The notes under the pieces: model-generated
Database searches by the model: none
What the model saw: only the letters and a program-made list of their open reading frames with translations
What the model was told of the DNA's origin: nothing
Made by a program: the position numbers and the translations under genes
Shown here: positions 11,701-26,340 of the stretch, one piece after another
Layout: each line of letters opens with the position of its first letter
Position numbering within the stretch: position 1 is the first letter of the stretch
Source of the DNA: Phoronis australis
Lineage: Eukaryota > Animalia > Phoronida
Assembly (NCBI GenBank): GCA_002633005.1
Contig: NMRA01000616.1
Coordinates: forward strand, 62,001-126,000
Reading direction: 5' to 3'
Length of the DNA stretch: 64,000 nucleotides

Positions 11701-14700
11701 TCTCAATTTCAACATTTTGATTTTTTCACCAAATTTATTGGCTCATTACACGAAAATGTGCAGTTTCATACACGAGAACTTTTTAAATTGAAAAATGCAC
11801 CTGTGAATGAGATCAAAATAAAATTGCCCCATTTAAGTACTTCTGAAACTCCCATAACTCAAGACGCACTCACTATATGAGTAATCTGAGTGTTCTTAGC
11901 TAAAAAAGCGTGACGAAAAAAATAACTGTTTATGCACTCAGGTAAGTATTTCACAACATTTATAAACTCACGAAGCCATACACAACAAATCGCACCCCGA
12001 GTAGCGGTACATTAACGAAGTTATACAGCAAATCAGATTGACGTGTAAACAGGATTTAGAGAAACTGGTCAAGCGCATCCGGATCAAGGCACAACCTAAC
12101 TTTCTAACGTTGAAATAAACAAAACTTAGGACTGTGGTCAATTACTATTCATCTCATCAAACATCACTGCGACGAGCCAAGAGTTTTCGTCTTTAAAAAC
12201 ATCGCAATTACTCATTCGATAGACAATGGGTGTCGCTAAAACAATGAAACTGTGGTTATGAAATTTTAGTCGTGGGCCTGTCTTAGCAAAAGTAGTACGC
12301 TAAATCAAATACGGTAGCAAGCAACGACGCTGCGTTTTTATGACATCGAAATGAGGTAACTGACTTCAAGTTGACAAATTTCCACACTTAGTCTTAAAAA
12401 AACGTCACGCTCTAAGTAAATTCGTGCAAACAGTAAATTCGAAATTACCAGGGTCTAAGCTAAGATAGGACACGTTTCAAACTACTTGGACCGTAGTTAA
12501 GTGGGCAAAATCTTGTCTCCGCAATGTTTACTGGATGTTTTCTTTACGTACGTGAAACAAGTTTGCCTAGCTCTAAAATCTTTACAAATTTACCTCCTGC
12601 TCCGCGTATGTCGGTGACTCCTCCAACCACGGGATGTTTGAAACTCTGTCTTTATACACCGCTTCCACCTCACTTGTAATTTTTTGAGCCTGAAAAAAAC
12701 AAAAGCAAGTCAACTCCTGAGGCCTGTAAGTTGGGCTCAGGGGCTTGATCGAAATTTTGTAACGATATTGTTAACACGCTGGATACGCAAAGGCCTATTT
12801 AGTGCGAAAGTGCTTCACCTGAAAAGTCACCTAACCGTCATTCTGAGGATGACCGTAGCCACTGATGGTCGAAGAGGATGAAGTTATTGTAACAACTCGA
12901 TCGTGTCTCATGAAATTCGCCCTGTAAAGACACACCTGTCTTGATTTCAGCTTATGGCTGCCAAACAACGGCGAGAATTGGCGATTTACAATAGCCACAA
13001 AATCACAACGGATTTTGTTGTTTTATAGCTCTGGTTAAAGCTAATAACTTTTAGAGATCTATCTCATCCAACAACAATTCCAAAAACATTTTTCGGCAAT
13101 TAATCCGATAATTTCCGTTCACCTTTTGTAGCACGTCGTCGTTGAATGCCTCTTTAACATACATGGAACCAATAGCAAACTTCATAGCATAATGTGTAAG
13201 TGAAACGCACTCCCTCCAGCGGGGTCTTTGGCCTTCAATACCTAAAACAAATACACCGGATTGCCTTAGCTGAACAGGGCAAGAATGAACATGATAAAAA
13301 TTAAACAAGTAAAGCAGATCAAAAAGCCTTGTCAAATATCGAACCGATCAAAAGAATGCGAGCACACTTCTCGCTTTCATGTTCTTACGTAGGTAGGTAA
13401 GTATGTTGGTAGATAAATAGTTAGGTATGTAGGTACTTATCCATCATATCTAGTTCCAGTGCAACACATATTTACAATATTGCAGTGGCAAAATATGCAA
13501 GTGATACCCATGAGAAATATACATTACACGAGAAATACAGGGTGGGGGGTTGCATAACAAGGTAACAAAGAATTTACACAGTTGAAACTGTGAAGAACCA
13601 GAAACTTTGTTGCTTCAATCTAAGGACAGGATGGAACAAGAATTTTTACCATTACCCTTACCACTACCGCTACCACTACCACTACAGGAGCTGCTCACTA
13701 GTCCGAAGAAGCACTAGTCCGAAAGTCTACTCACTAATACAGCGAAACTGAGACATAAGCACATGTGGGCATTCAACGAAACTCAAATGATGCATTGTAG
13801 GAAGTCTAGCTCTGCACTTGAATCGCACTGGTTTCGGAATATTGGTCTGTAACCACTCGAGGCAAGCTTCGAAGTCCGACTTTTTGCACGCATAAAGAAT
13901 ATTGATACTCAACGGTTTTCGGTAGGTAGACCTGCGCAACTGCGACTAACAACCAAAGCGTTTGTATTCTTGCATGTAGAAAAATATGAAAGATACATCC
14001 ATTGCGAAAATTTATATATTTTCGGACTAGCGCACCTTCGAATTACCGCAATGTAACCGACAGCACAAACGTCTTCATGAGTTGCGTCAACCGAAACACA
14101 TCCAAAGTCGAGGACTAACCACTGTTTCAGCGACAACCAATAACAGTTGCACCTACTGCCACCATACCTGCAATCTACTGCAAACACTACCATGACAGCC
14201 AAAACTCCAGTCATCATAACTGCAACCTAAAACTAGCTCACATGCACACCTCACGATTGAAGGATATCACGAGCTCCGCTTGCGGTTGACGGTGATATCA
14301 TGAGCTCCGCTTGCGGTGGACGGTGATATCATGAGCTCCGCTTGCGGTGGACGGTGATATCATGAGCTCCGCTTGCGGTGGACGGTGATATCATGAGCTC
14401 CGCTTGCGGTGGACGGTGATATCATGAGCTCCGCTTGCAGTGGACGGTGATATCATGAGCTCCGCTTGCGGTGGACGGTGATATCATGAGCTCCGCTTGC
14501 GGTGGACGGTGATATCTTGCAAAGACTTACTCACACGGAACTCATCTTTTGAAAGCAGCCCTCCTTACCTAGCTGGGCATGTTGAAACAGCCTCAAAGCC
14601 TCTCTGAACTGCGAGGACAAATAAGGGACGAACTTGTGTACGACCGTCCACATCATGTAGTTACGAAGAGTGCTGAAAATTTAATAGACTTCAATCCCGA

Positions 14701-17700
14701 ACATGCTACTGTTGAAGTGGTGATAGTTCTTTGCCAAGTTTCATGATAGACAGGGGAGGAGGACGAGGGGTAGAGGAAGGGAGAGTGTGCTAGAAACCAA
14801 TAAAAGTTCTGAAACAAGAAAGAGAATCCTACACCAGTCTCAGGTGTATGACATAGGCAAAAATCATGGAAATCTTGTCAAAATCCCAAAGCTTGTCGCC
14901 TGAAATTGAAATTCAGCGTCTAGTTTAATGACTGCGATGTAGAACCACACTAGTATGGCTTCGACAGGTTCCGACGAACATCCTGTCACGACAATCAATT
15001 CGCGACTCAACAAATTACGGGTTTTCAATCAACATTTTTAAAAGTTGATTTGTCGTCTTGCTGTTTCTTGAAATTAGAAAATATTCCACTCACATCTACC
15101 CAATGCATGCAGGTCGAATGATGAGCTGGGATACTTTAGCCAGAAGTATTCAAATTTAAATGTGAACAGACGCCCTTCCAAAGAGGGTTCTGGCTTTTAA
15201 CAAAGATGGTTCTTCAAGGCCAGACAACACCAGAACGACATGTCTAAACCTTGGTTTTAAGTTGCGCCTTTTTTGTTTCAATTAGTAACCAAATCCTCTC
15301 GCGACCTATACCAGGACTCTACCTGCTACACTTGGTCTACAGAAACTCCACTGCCAATTTGCAGCGATCATTTAATCCAAGCCAGAATGAAACAAAGCGA
15401 TTGAATACGTAATCCCTCAGTCCAATGTCTCGGAGCTCTCTGTCAAGTGCCATATATTGCGAGAAGCATTGAATGCGTAAAGCTGTTAAATGTTACGCAA
15501 ATAAAAGGGTACCGGGCAAATAATGTAAAGGTAACAAGCTCGAAATAAATTTCACCAAACTGGCACAATTTTCTCAGAGTGTCACTGGATCAAAATAAGC
15601 GTCGTTCTGGTCGGAATACATTGTAAAGTTCGGTGCTTTGGGGAAGATAATGACATCCACCTAAGGGACTAGAGTTAGGTTTAGGAAGGCACTGGGTGTT
15701 GTCATTGCTATACGAAAAATGGAGAAGACGATACAAAATTCTTCCTACACGCACGCCATACTTCAAAAAATGGTCTAGAGTGGAAACCGAAACGGTGGTA
15801 TTATCTTAATTGCAGTTGATGAGCTTTGGGATTCTTTCGGCGAAACTAATCACAACTCGCTTATTCCATCAAGCGGTTTTGCACCACTTCTTGAAACTAC
15901 GAAGCCAAAGTCGTTTCTTTCCTTCCATCCAATGTCTGGCTACGAGACAATGTCATCATTTGGTTACACTGACAAGAAAAGAGATGTGAAAACATATCGA
16001 GCATTCTCTGAAGCAACACAACGTTTTACATGTTGTCAAACAGACCAAACGCACTCTCTCGGGATGAGTTTTAGGTACTTCAGAAATTTGTTGTCTTTAT
16101 TCATGACAGGGCACTATTAGATGCCAGATGAGAACTTCTCGCAAGCGGAAGAAAGGTATTTCGCATCCTATCTACAGATGTATAGAAGCAAATTTAATAG
16201 AGTATGGGACATGTCTTTTTACCAGGCAATATTCATGGAATCAAGGTTTCTTAGTGCAGCAGCAACTTTTTAAGTCTGGTGTCGGACTGGGGTCGGAAAA
16301 ATGGGTCAATGGGGAGCAATTTTGGCCTTTCCTTCCAGAAGCTGTGAAGTCATGCAAAAAAAAACTCATCATACGCAGATGCTGAACACATCGTTAGATT
16401 ATTACACAAATTTTGCACAGATGATCTACTTTGCACAGATTTTTGTAGTTGCGCAGGATCTTGCGTGAAGTTAAGTAGCATTGACTAGAAATTTGCTATT
16501 TGGTTCACACTGAACGTAGAATAATATGTGAGGAGTAATAACGAAATGATTTTTCTTGAGCATTACATTTTTTCTCTTTTTAGACCACTGTATACTTTCT
16601 CAATTTTAAAAGATTTTGGAAAAGTTTCACAAACAGTTTTACAGGCGTTTTGCATGTTTTAAGTGTCAGTCAAATTCCTGCTTAATCATAGCACAAATTT
16701 ATAAATTGAAACTGAGAATAAATGAAGTCAATTCCACAGATTATGAACATTGCAAAATAAGTTCATTTTTGCCAGCCACATTGGATTTCAACGTAGCTGC
16801 AGACAGCACATGTTTTCGGACTTACTTGTTTCCACCTTCTGTTTGCAGCATGTGTCGCAGTAGGTCGTTTAGTGCACGATAGTATACCGGTGACACCACT
16901 ATATCATAATCACGCACAGACATTGATGAGGCATTGAAGAACTGTGACCAGTCGATCTGAAAATTGCTAAGTCATACTTTTATAATTTAATTAAAACTTG
17001 GACAGCATGATTGAATATAAAATACGGCAACTTGACGCGGTTTCAGCTTTGTTGCCCAAGCTTGGATTCATTTAGCTTCACGTAAGTATAATAAATAAAC
17101 GGGGAATCCAATATCAAAGCGTGTATTGACTCATTCGTGTAAAGTGTTGCAATTAGAAGTAATGAGTCTCCCGGTCGAGAAGGTATCATATTATTCACAT
17201 TATGAACACCCATTCCTACCACTGAAGCAGTAAGTAGTGGAACAGTGTTCAAATAAAACTTATCGCTCTTGGAGCATCCACAAAAGTACTATAACTACAT
17301 ACGAAAATGTAACAACAGAAATGAGAAGGTACTTACCACAGGTGAACCAACATTTTGCCTTGATATTCTTCTCGTAGTAGAAAATGTGTGGATTCCGAAG
17401 GCTATCTGCGGAATAAGGTAAATACAATGCAAACATCACCAGATACAGAACACCAGACAACCAGCGTAGCTACCTCAGACAACCAGCGTAGCTACCAAAA
17501 TATTTGGACATTCTAATTGGTTGATGTTAGGAAATACATCAGGATGCTGCTGCCATCTATTGGGAATTAATGCTTTTGTTATTTGCAGCTACTTCAAAAA
17601 TAAGAACAAACTAAATTTATGCAGTTCACATTATTTCGTTGTTTGTAACCCATGTCAAATAAAACACAAAACGGTTCATTATAATTTTGCGTCTCATTTC

Positions 17701-20700
17701 CAGAAAATATATTTTTGAGAAACATCCAATCTGTTGCAGGCGCACTGATGCACAATGGAAATTTTCGGGTATATCCATTATTGTAAATAATTTACAATCT
17801 TGTGGATTGACTTACTTTGGCCAGTTGTATTTCAAACTGTATTAGTTTCACAAACTGGTTATGTGTATCGCTGTCTACGGGTACGCCGATAAGCTTTCCT
17901 ATTCTGATCATGTATTTCAACAGAGAGCCCAGGTGCTGAAAGTTCAAGAAGCAGACAGTAAGATTATTGAAACAAGGACGAATTTATAAATTCCATGAAT
18001 TAAGTTTGACAAAATGTTTCAGGTGAGCCAGCCCTACCTTATCTTCCTCAAAAGTTGTGTTACCAAAATACCACCTTGGTGTATTTAACGTCAGACCTCC
18101 AGGTAGAACCTACAATAAATGCCACGAATTTTTAGATACGCCTATTCGATTTGATTTCGTTATCTCTATTCATTTACTTGATGACAAACAAGCACAACAA
18201 CAACGTTACACAATGAAAGAAAAAAATCACATTTTTTAAAATAACCAAGAGAAACGCCGAGCGTTGAAATGCGCACACGACTGCAACGCAAACGGTGTGC
18301 TTCCAGGGGTGTTTCTTCATTTAGTATCCTAAAATTGACCATAAGAAGGCACAGAATGCGCCTAACGGCCCGAAAATGTGAAGGTGTTATTGTCTTTAAA
18401 AAGAAGGCTATTCCCTCTTTACCATGAAAATCTGTCACCGAATACAGAAGCGAATGTGAAAAATAAATTGACATCAGGCGAAGCTGTAGTTCAACAGTCC
18501 ATGTGATGTGATGTTAAAAAGGAATTCACTAGGGAGCACCGCCGTATTTGGGCCCATGAAGAAATCTACGTTCGTAGTGCTCTTGTCAACAGACATACCG
18601 GCAATCTACTCTGAAGATACACAAACAAACACAAAAAGTAAAAAAAACTGCATGTACCATTAAGGGCCACACCGGTACTCAGAGACGTTCAAAAGTCGTA
18701 GGAAGCTATTGTGAATTTGTTGGAAAAACTTGCAAAATGTTACGAAAATCATGTAAAAAAACGGTGTAGCAGAAGTAGTAAAAAAGATAAAATAATCACT
18801 AGTAGGCTCCACAGAAGTCAGTCCCGTCCAAAATCCACATCAACCACTGTCTTTTCATCAGGACCCATCTATTTAGTTTTAAAACGGTCATTTAAGTTAT
18901 TTGACAGACAGAAAATGCGGTCGCCATAAACGATTATTTTCGACTTGATGTCATGTTTTCATGGTCATCATGAATTTGTATAATTGATAATTTACACACA
19001 TAACAGCTGCCATATTCAAAATTCTACTTGTGCTTATAACTAATGCATCAGACACCAGAGGTTAGTTATAAATATTCGCACCCTAGTTTCAGGTTGTAGC
19101 CTGACTAATTTGCAGAATCTCTGTTTTGATGATGTAGTAAGAAAGTATTATGGTCAAGTCCATCTATGTTTAAATTTCATAGACTGTTATGTAATCCCGA
19201 TAGCTCAGTTGTGAAATGTGTATATTACGCATCTAAAAACGGAAAAGCTTGTGTGTTGCTGACTAGCGTGCATAGCACTCCAATGATCTTGTTTGTTTTT
19301 TTGTTTGTTGTACTTTATGCCAATGGCCATGTGTACAAACAAGAAAGAAAGAATTTTATATTTTGTGTAGTATGTGCTCTGCAGTTTGATACCTTGAAGA
19401 TCAAAAAAGGTATTGCCTATTGCCCTGCGCTCCCAAAGAAAAAACGCAGATTAGTTTAATGACTTGGGTGAATGCTGGAATGGGGCTCTGAGCGATCAGT
19501 TTATAGGAACCACATTCATGAGGTACGGATACAGTAATGAGGGAATAGTAGGGAATTGTCCTCAAAGAAGAGACTCTTAAGCTTTGGGCACAAGTTGCCG
19601 TTTGTCCTACAAGATTGAAACAGATCTTGGAGAGATGGAGAGCGGTAAAAATAGATCTTGTACTAAAACCTATCACAGGGAAGAAAGTAAGGCAAGTCTT
19701 CATGCACATGCCCAGGATATTGGAACGAATTTATCAATATCAGATACCAGCATCGATCTATTATATCCTAATGTTAATCCCAATGACACAGTGGTGAACA
19801 TTAGCAGTGACAGGATTGCTACTCCAACAGTTAACGTACATGAAACAATAAGCATTTGACAGGCAATGTTATCAGACTTCGAGAAAGGCAATCAGTACGT
19901 TAGGAACGCAAGTAGGTAATCACTGATGAAGACCCTTCTCCCTTAATATAGTACAAGGACACTGGAGACATCCCACAAAGAAGCTAGCTCCATTATCGTA
20001 CAAAAGGACATAAAATGTGCATATGAACTTAGCAAATTTTAGGTTGGTTCTGATGACGTAAATGTATTTGTCCTTTGTGTGCATTATTATGACAAGGAAC
20101 AGCTTCAAATACGACAACCATGAAATCACCTAGTAAGCCTAGAACAGTAGTAGACATAAAGTTAACAGAGGAAACGTGTAGCGATATTGTGAAGGTCTCC
20201 TCCCTGCCCATGCGCTGTACGGGTGTAACACGGTGGCATGCTTTTATGGAGTTGGAAAGGGACCCATCGTTAAAATATTGAAGGCTGGACATGACCTGTC
20301 AGCCATCGGCACTTTTAATGCACAAATTCTGATGTCATGAAACAGGTCACTAAATGTATATGAACCTGTTATGGAATGAAGAGAATCAGGAAGACGTCAT
20401 GAACCAGACTACTGGTATGGGGAAGAGAAATGGCAAGAAATATATGTCCGCCCCCAAACTGTCACCGACAACATACATTCACAGAGAATGTATACGTACA
20501 TGTAAACAGAGCCCATTACCAGACAGTCATGTGGTGGAATATCACTAGCACTAGATCCAGAGGACTATGGGTGGAAGAAAGATGCCATAAACAAATCACT
20601 CTCACCATCAATAATTCCGCATGGTGTACAACTTGCTTCTATTGCATACTGGTGATGATTAGGTGTATCTGCAAAGGTCAGATTCCACGAAAATCAAATA

Positions 20701-23700
20701 GATACAATTGCAGTGTCAATTTTCTACTCCTTACAATATTTTGGGCACGTTATACTGTAGTCTGCTCACGTTCCGAGTGTTGAATTAGCTTTTGAAACGC
20801 TTGTGACTGGTATCCATTCGATAGGTTATTGTCCAGGGTTTATGCAATTAAAAATTTTGGTCATCTACTACGTACCCTGGGTATCAGACAAAGCTAGAAT
20901 TTGTAATGTTGTGTAATAAATTACAGATTATTTATGTTTATGGTGTAATGACAGATTACATTAGATTCCTCAGTAGAAAAACCAAAATAATTTACATGTA
21001 GTGCCCCCCGTAAGAAAGTTACGAGCAGAAACAGACAGAATTTTTAGTAATGACCGCCTTTATTTGCATAAATTATGCTAATTTATCATGCAACTTGCAA
21101 ACTGATTTCATTAACCTAAAGGTGTAAATATCATGAGTAGCATTTTGCATAATGGCGCCCTTAATTTGCATTAGTTATGCAAATTTGCATTAATTATGCC
21201 CACCCAGGGGTCTTGGGGAAAGAATGCACAATGCATAGGTCTTGAACAAACTCCGTTTATTGTGTTTTTTAGTAATAAGGTCCAGGAACCCAAAAATTCG
21301 AGACCCCTGCTTCCCTACAACTTAATCTGGGCGCGCGCACATGGCGAAATTCTGGTTATTCCTGTGCCTTATCCCCCTTAACTCAAAATACTTGATCCGC
21401 CCCTGTAAATTATGCAAATTAACTATGTATTCACAAACAAACTTATACTATATAATTTGTTGACCATGAAAACATGGGTAAAAACGTCCAAATTATCTGG
21501 CTGCAGTGCTTGGTAAAGAAATCATATGCAAAAATAAAATTTTGCATAATGATGACCTTAATTTGCTTATTTAAAAAATACTCAAGTGTTGCGAACGGTC
21601 ACCCCCATAAATCATGGTTGCTTAACCCTAGGCTACATGAAACAGCAAGGAAAAAACTTTATCCGGCAAATCCAGGTTCAGCCCCCTGACTCCCGGACTA
21701 CAGGTAACTTTGGTATTTGTAAGTAAAGATTTTTAATTTCTTTTCGCATCAAAGCATTTTTTTAGCTTCAAATTTCAAAAAATGATCTGTCAAGTGCTCG
21801 CCACTTCGTCGATTTTTCTCCCACAAGGCAAAGCACGTCTCTTTATTTGGTACGGCAAGACATAGACGTAACACATTTCCCTTTGATCTCAAGTGATTTC
21901 AAGCAACTGTCTCTGAGCGCATGAGCGCATTTATCATAAGAGGGAGGGAGATTAAAATCTCAGTGGTAACCACAGAATTTTTCCTTCGTGCGTATTTAAA
22001 ATCGTGAACTTTGTGATTTTTTCTGAAAAGTTGCTCACAGGGGGAAGTGAATTACTCTGTACTAGACGTTGCGAGATGGTACTCTCGTCCGAAAATTAAT
22101 GCCAGCTGCAGTCTTCTCAACAGAAGTACATCTTCCAGATATCGCCATGATCCTTTAAGCCGTTTGGCGGATACGTAGACGCCAAAAACGGATTAAAAAA
22201 TTAAAAATGCCCAGTGGGTGGTGCAGAGTACGTCAAATTTGTCCAAAAATGAGAAAGCGTTGTCGCCTCCTTAATACAAACCCATTCGCCAAATTTTATG
22301 GAAATCCATCAAAGAACTACGAAGATAGAGAGGTAAACGTAAAAAAAACAATAAAATTGTTACTAGGGAACACAGCGGCAGACAGATCGGTCCAAATTTA
22401 ATCGTCATTTGTCGTTAGCTTAGAAAGATAGCTTAATGTTAGGATCCTGAAGGTGTTTAAGTGATACAGCAGGGGACGCCAGACGGTTTTATGCATCCAC
22501 AAATGTGTGGACGTACATTTCGTAAAATTCATTTACGCAACGGCTGTACAACACTGAACCGATTTCTGTGGATTTTAGCTACCCTGAGTCCCTTAGTTCG
22601 AAATGACACTCGCTCTTGACGGAATGACACAACGCATATTCATTGCAAGAATGGGGATAATAAAAACACGTTTTTAGAGTGAATACATGTATCTGGTAGC
22701 TGCTGCATTGTTTGCACATACATACATACACAAAACGTACGGAGAGTGACGTAGACGAAAGAATGTCTAGTGGGATATCATTTACGCCACTCGAAGTACG
22801 TTTTGTATTTATCCCATACCCCCCCAACTCTTAGTTTCATTCCTTTATTTTTTCGGCAAATTTTTAAAGTTGTGCTATGCATTTATTCTCTAAAAGTTCC
22901 TATTTGTATTCACACGTCCCCCGTCACGGTGTGGAATGTAAGTGATAGACGACAATTTCAGGTGAAAATGGGTTGATGGGCAAGAACAGTGTTTGAGGGG
23001 AGTTGCCGAATGATGATCATTAGTAAATAAAATCTGAAACAGATTTGGTCTCAATAACAATGACATGGTTGAACTTAATTGTCGGTTAAAATGTTCAAGT
23101 CCCCGATTTCTGAAGTGGACGGAAATTTTGGTTTCACTTGCCTGTGTATGGACTCTTAACGATGAGAAACCATGTTGCGTATTCGAGTGTTACGTGTATA
23201 TCAGGTAAGACTGGACTTATACCAGAGAAGTGACCATTAATAACTGTAAAATTTGGAGCATTTTTTCAGTGAGCCATTCACGAGGCCGAAAATCTGAAAG
23301 CTCAAGTGCCATTACATCTGTTCGGTTAGTTTCGGAACCGAAAAATTGAACTTATACTTAGAGACAGAAAACCATATTGAGTAGTTTCGGTTTGTGTCGC
23401 GAAATTGAACGTGTTTTTATTGAGCTGATTCCACATTACATTCTGGCAATGCACAAAAGAAACCACTAACTTGTGAGAACGAAAATTAAAAAAAGCAACT
23501 GCTATTCACTCGCCTTTATCATATGTAATCCGCCTAAAGAGCCCCATTGGAAGAAAGGAAAGACCATGAACTGTCCAAGTTGTTGTAGAAACGAGTTGAG
23601 GTCAAAGGTAGCCGCATCCCACTTGCCAGTGGTTGAACTCATGTTCCATCCTCCCAGAGACCTAAACGTGCACGAAAAATTGACGAGGCAATGGTGACGG

Positions 23701-26309
23701 GAAGCCTTCGTATATCATGAAACTCAATGTTGAGAAGTCGGTTGAATGACCTGTTAACAAAATGGATACTCACCGCGGTTTATGCTAGTATTTGGATCGT
23801 GCGCCTGAGCTTGCACCTATTTTCGCAATTGGGTGCAAGCGCCAATTTGTGATACTGAGGAGCAACTTTTTTAATATTATATGATAAATGAAACTTTACC
23901 AAGGCGTATCCGTTACAAAATGATACACGTTTACGTGCATTCAATTTAACACTGGCTATTAAACGAAGAAAATAGCCAAAAACACGAATAACGTCCATAA
24001 CAAGACATGAACACAAATTTGAAAGAGATTGTCACCTGTGCTTATAAATGAAGATAAGGCGCACGCACCTGTATACGAAACTCTTAAAGCCTAAGTATCT
24101 TCAACGGTAACACATGTAAATTTGGTTCCAACAGTATGATAAGCGCATCGCTCTGAGCCCACTATTGCCATAAATTGCCAAATGTCTATTAGGCGTATTG
24201 GCTCGCGTTTGTCTACGTCACCGCGAGAATCACCTTTTAATTCAAACAGCTGCGAAAAACACCCGCACGCAATGGAGTTCTATTCAGATCCCCATTTAAT
24301 ACAACCTTTTGTTGTTTGTGATGGAATCTCGCGGTGACGCAACATGGCACGAAAAGGCAGCTTCACTTATCATTTGACGGGCTTACACTTGCGTGATTGA
24401 ACTCGCGTTTTCTTATTTGACTAAGGTTTTGTTAGGACTACATGTTAGCCTAATACATCTAAAGTAGCAAAATTCCATTGAAGTTAGGCTTTAAGTAAAG
24501 CGTATTGTTTGCTCCTTAGGAGCTCCAAGTTTCAAGGACTGTTGGTTTTGAAAACGAAAAGACGTAAAATGTAATACACCCAGTTACCTTATACGTTTAC
24601 TCACCGGATTAAATCTAGCAACGGTTGAGCGCCCAATTCTTCCAGTATCCCCGTTTCATCCATGCAGGACATGTAGTATCGTTTAGCTTTCTTCTCCGCT
24701 TCACCGTCTAAGCTTGCCGGAGGCTTTTCTGAGAACATGAAACCAGAAACGATTTTGGTAGAATTCAGCACCATGTCGTGAGTCATGCGAAACTCAGTTT
24801 GGATGATTTAATTAATTAATGAATTTTCAACGGTATCTCGAATATCAAGTCTAGAGCATTTGCTGTCCATCGTAGAATCGACTCAGCGGAGCCACACAAT
24901 TATCAAGATCCTAGGCTTCGTTGATACAGGTACAGCAGCACTGAAATACTTGCCTAAAACTCCCTTGATGGCTTGCTCATTTTTCAACTTCAAGTCTGTC
25001 ATCCTGTTCAAGCTTGAATGTCCTTCTGGTATGGGATGTGTTTTGATCCATCCACCACAAGCGTATTGTACAAAATCCTCGCAAGGGTCTGCCGCAGGAT
25101 CCATGGCTGACAATAATGAGCCAGAGACTATGGTACAGGAAGATGTGTGGCAAACGTCATCAACTATTCCACTTCTCGCTGCACAGGAAAGAAAACGAGT
25201 GCAGTAAGCAGCCCACTTTTTCCGAAAAAAGAATTGAAATTGTTATAACAGATTTTTCATGTCAACCCAATCTGTAAGGCGAGAAAAGAAGGGTTTACAT
25301 GGACCCTTCCTATGTACTGTTCCGGTAGAAAATCCTGAGAATTACTATGTTGTACAATGGGGAAAAAACAAGGTCACAAGACAAATAGATGTCACTCGCA
25401 AAACGCAAGGCTTAAGGGGTCATCCCGAGTTCTATGTGTTCCGGGCCCTACAGTATGTGTCCCTTTTTATACATATCGGGATTCTGTGTGTCCCGGGTTC
25501 TGTGTGCCCCAGTGAAGTTGGGATTGTCCCCCTGTAGAGAATGTCCTTACTGCCTGAATTTTAATGCCGGCATACTGGCGCATTATTCAGTGGATTACGC
25601 GGGTGCTGAAAAACAATACATGCTTAAAGACAATTTCTCCAGGGAGACAATGGTTACTTTCACACCGGCGCCGGTCTATCAGTCACTGGTCAGCTCTAGA
25701 CCAACCAAGAAAATCAACACAAGACCGCCGTTTGCGACCTAGCTAAAATTGAGAAATTGTCACGTGATGCTGACCTATAGCCCAACCACAAGTTGGGAAG
25801 AACACCCCTGTAGCCAATATGTTCATGTTCAATCAACGTTTCGTCTATTCATTAGACACCATCAGGATCATATTTACAAAGGACAGCAAGTGCCAACATA
25901 CAGCTCAGGTAACATCCATAAAGTGAGAGATACGGGGAATATAGTCAGTAGCTAGTTATCACCATAGTTGCAGGGTCACTTGTATGTTGTCATGTGCACC
26001 TAAAATGGCGATAATTGTAGCTGAAACATGCACACTCGTCCGCTTAGCGCATGCATTATGACGCAAAAGACCGGAACACATAAAACCCGGGACATATAGA
26101 GCCCGAAATCCATAAAACGGGACACACAGAACGCGGGACACATAGAACACGGGACACAAAGAACCCGGGACGCAACGCTACGCTCCACCTTTATGTGCGT
26201 TTCACTGTTTTAGAAATATGGCTTTAGTTTTTGCTAAACATGACATGAACAAAAGTTGCCTTCACTTTTAAACCATGTTCTCATATACCGTAGGACAAAA
26301 ATCATTAAG

Positions 26310-26340
<31 letters not shown>

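Noticed and set aside
14263-14516. CRISPR array
   Set aside because: Units are contiguous with no unique spacers, there are no cas genes, and the context is a eukaryotic intron.
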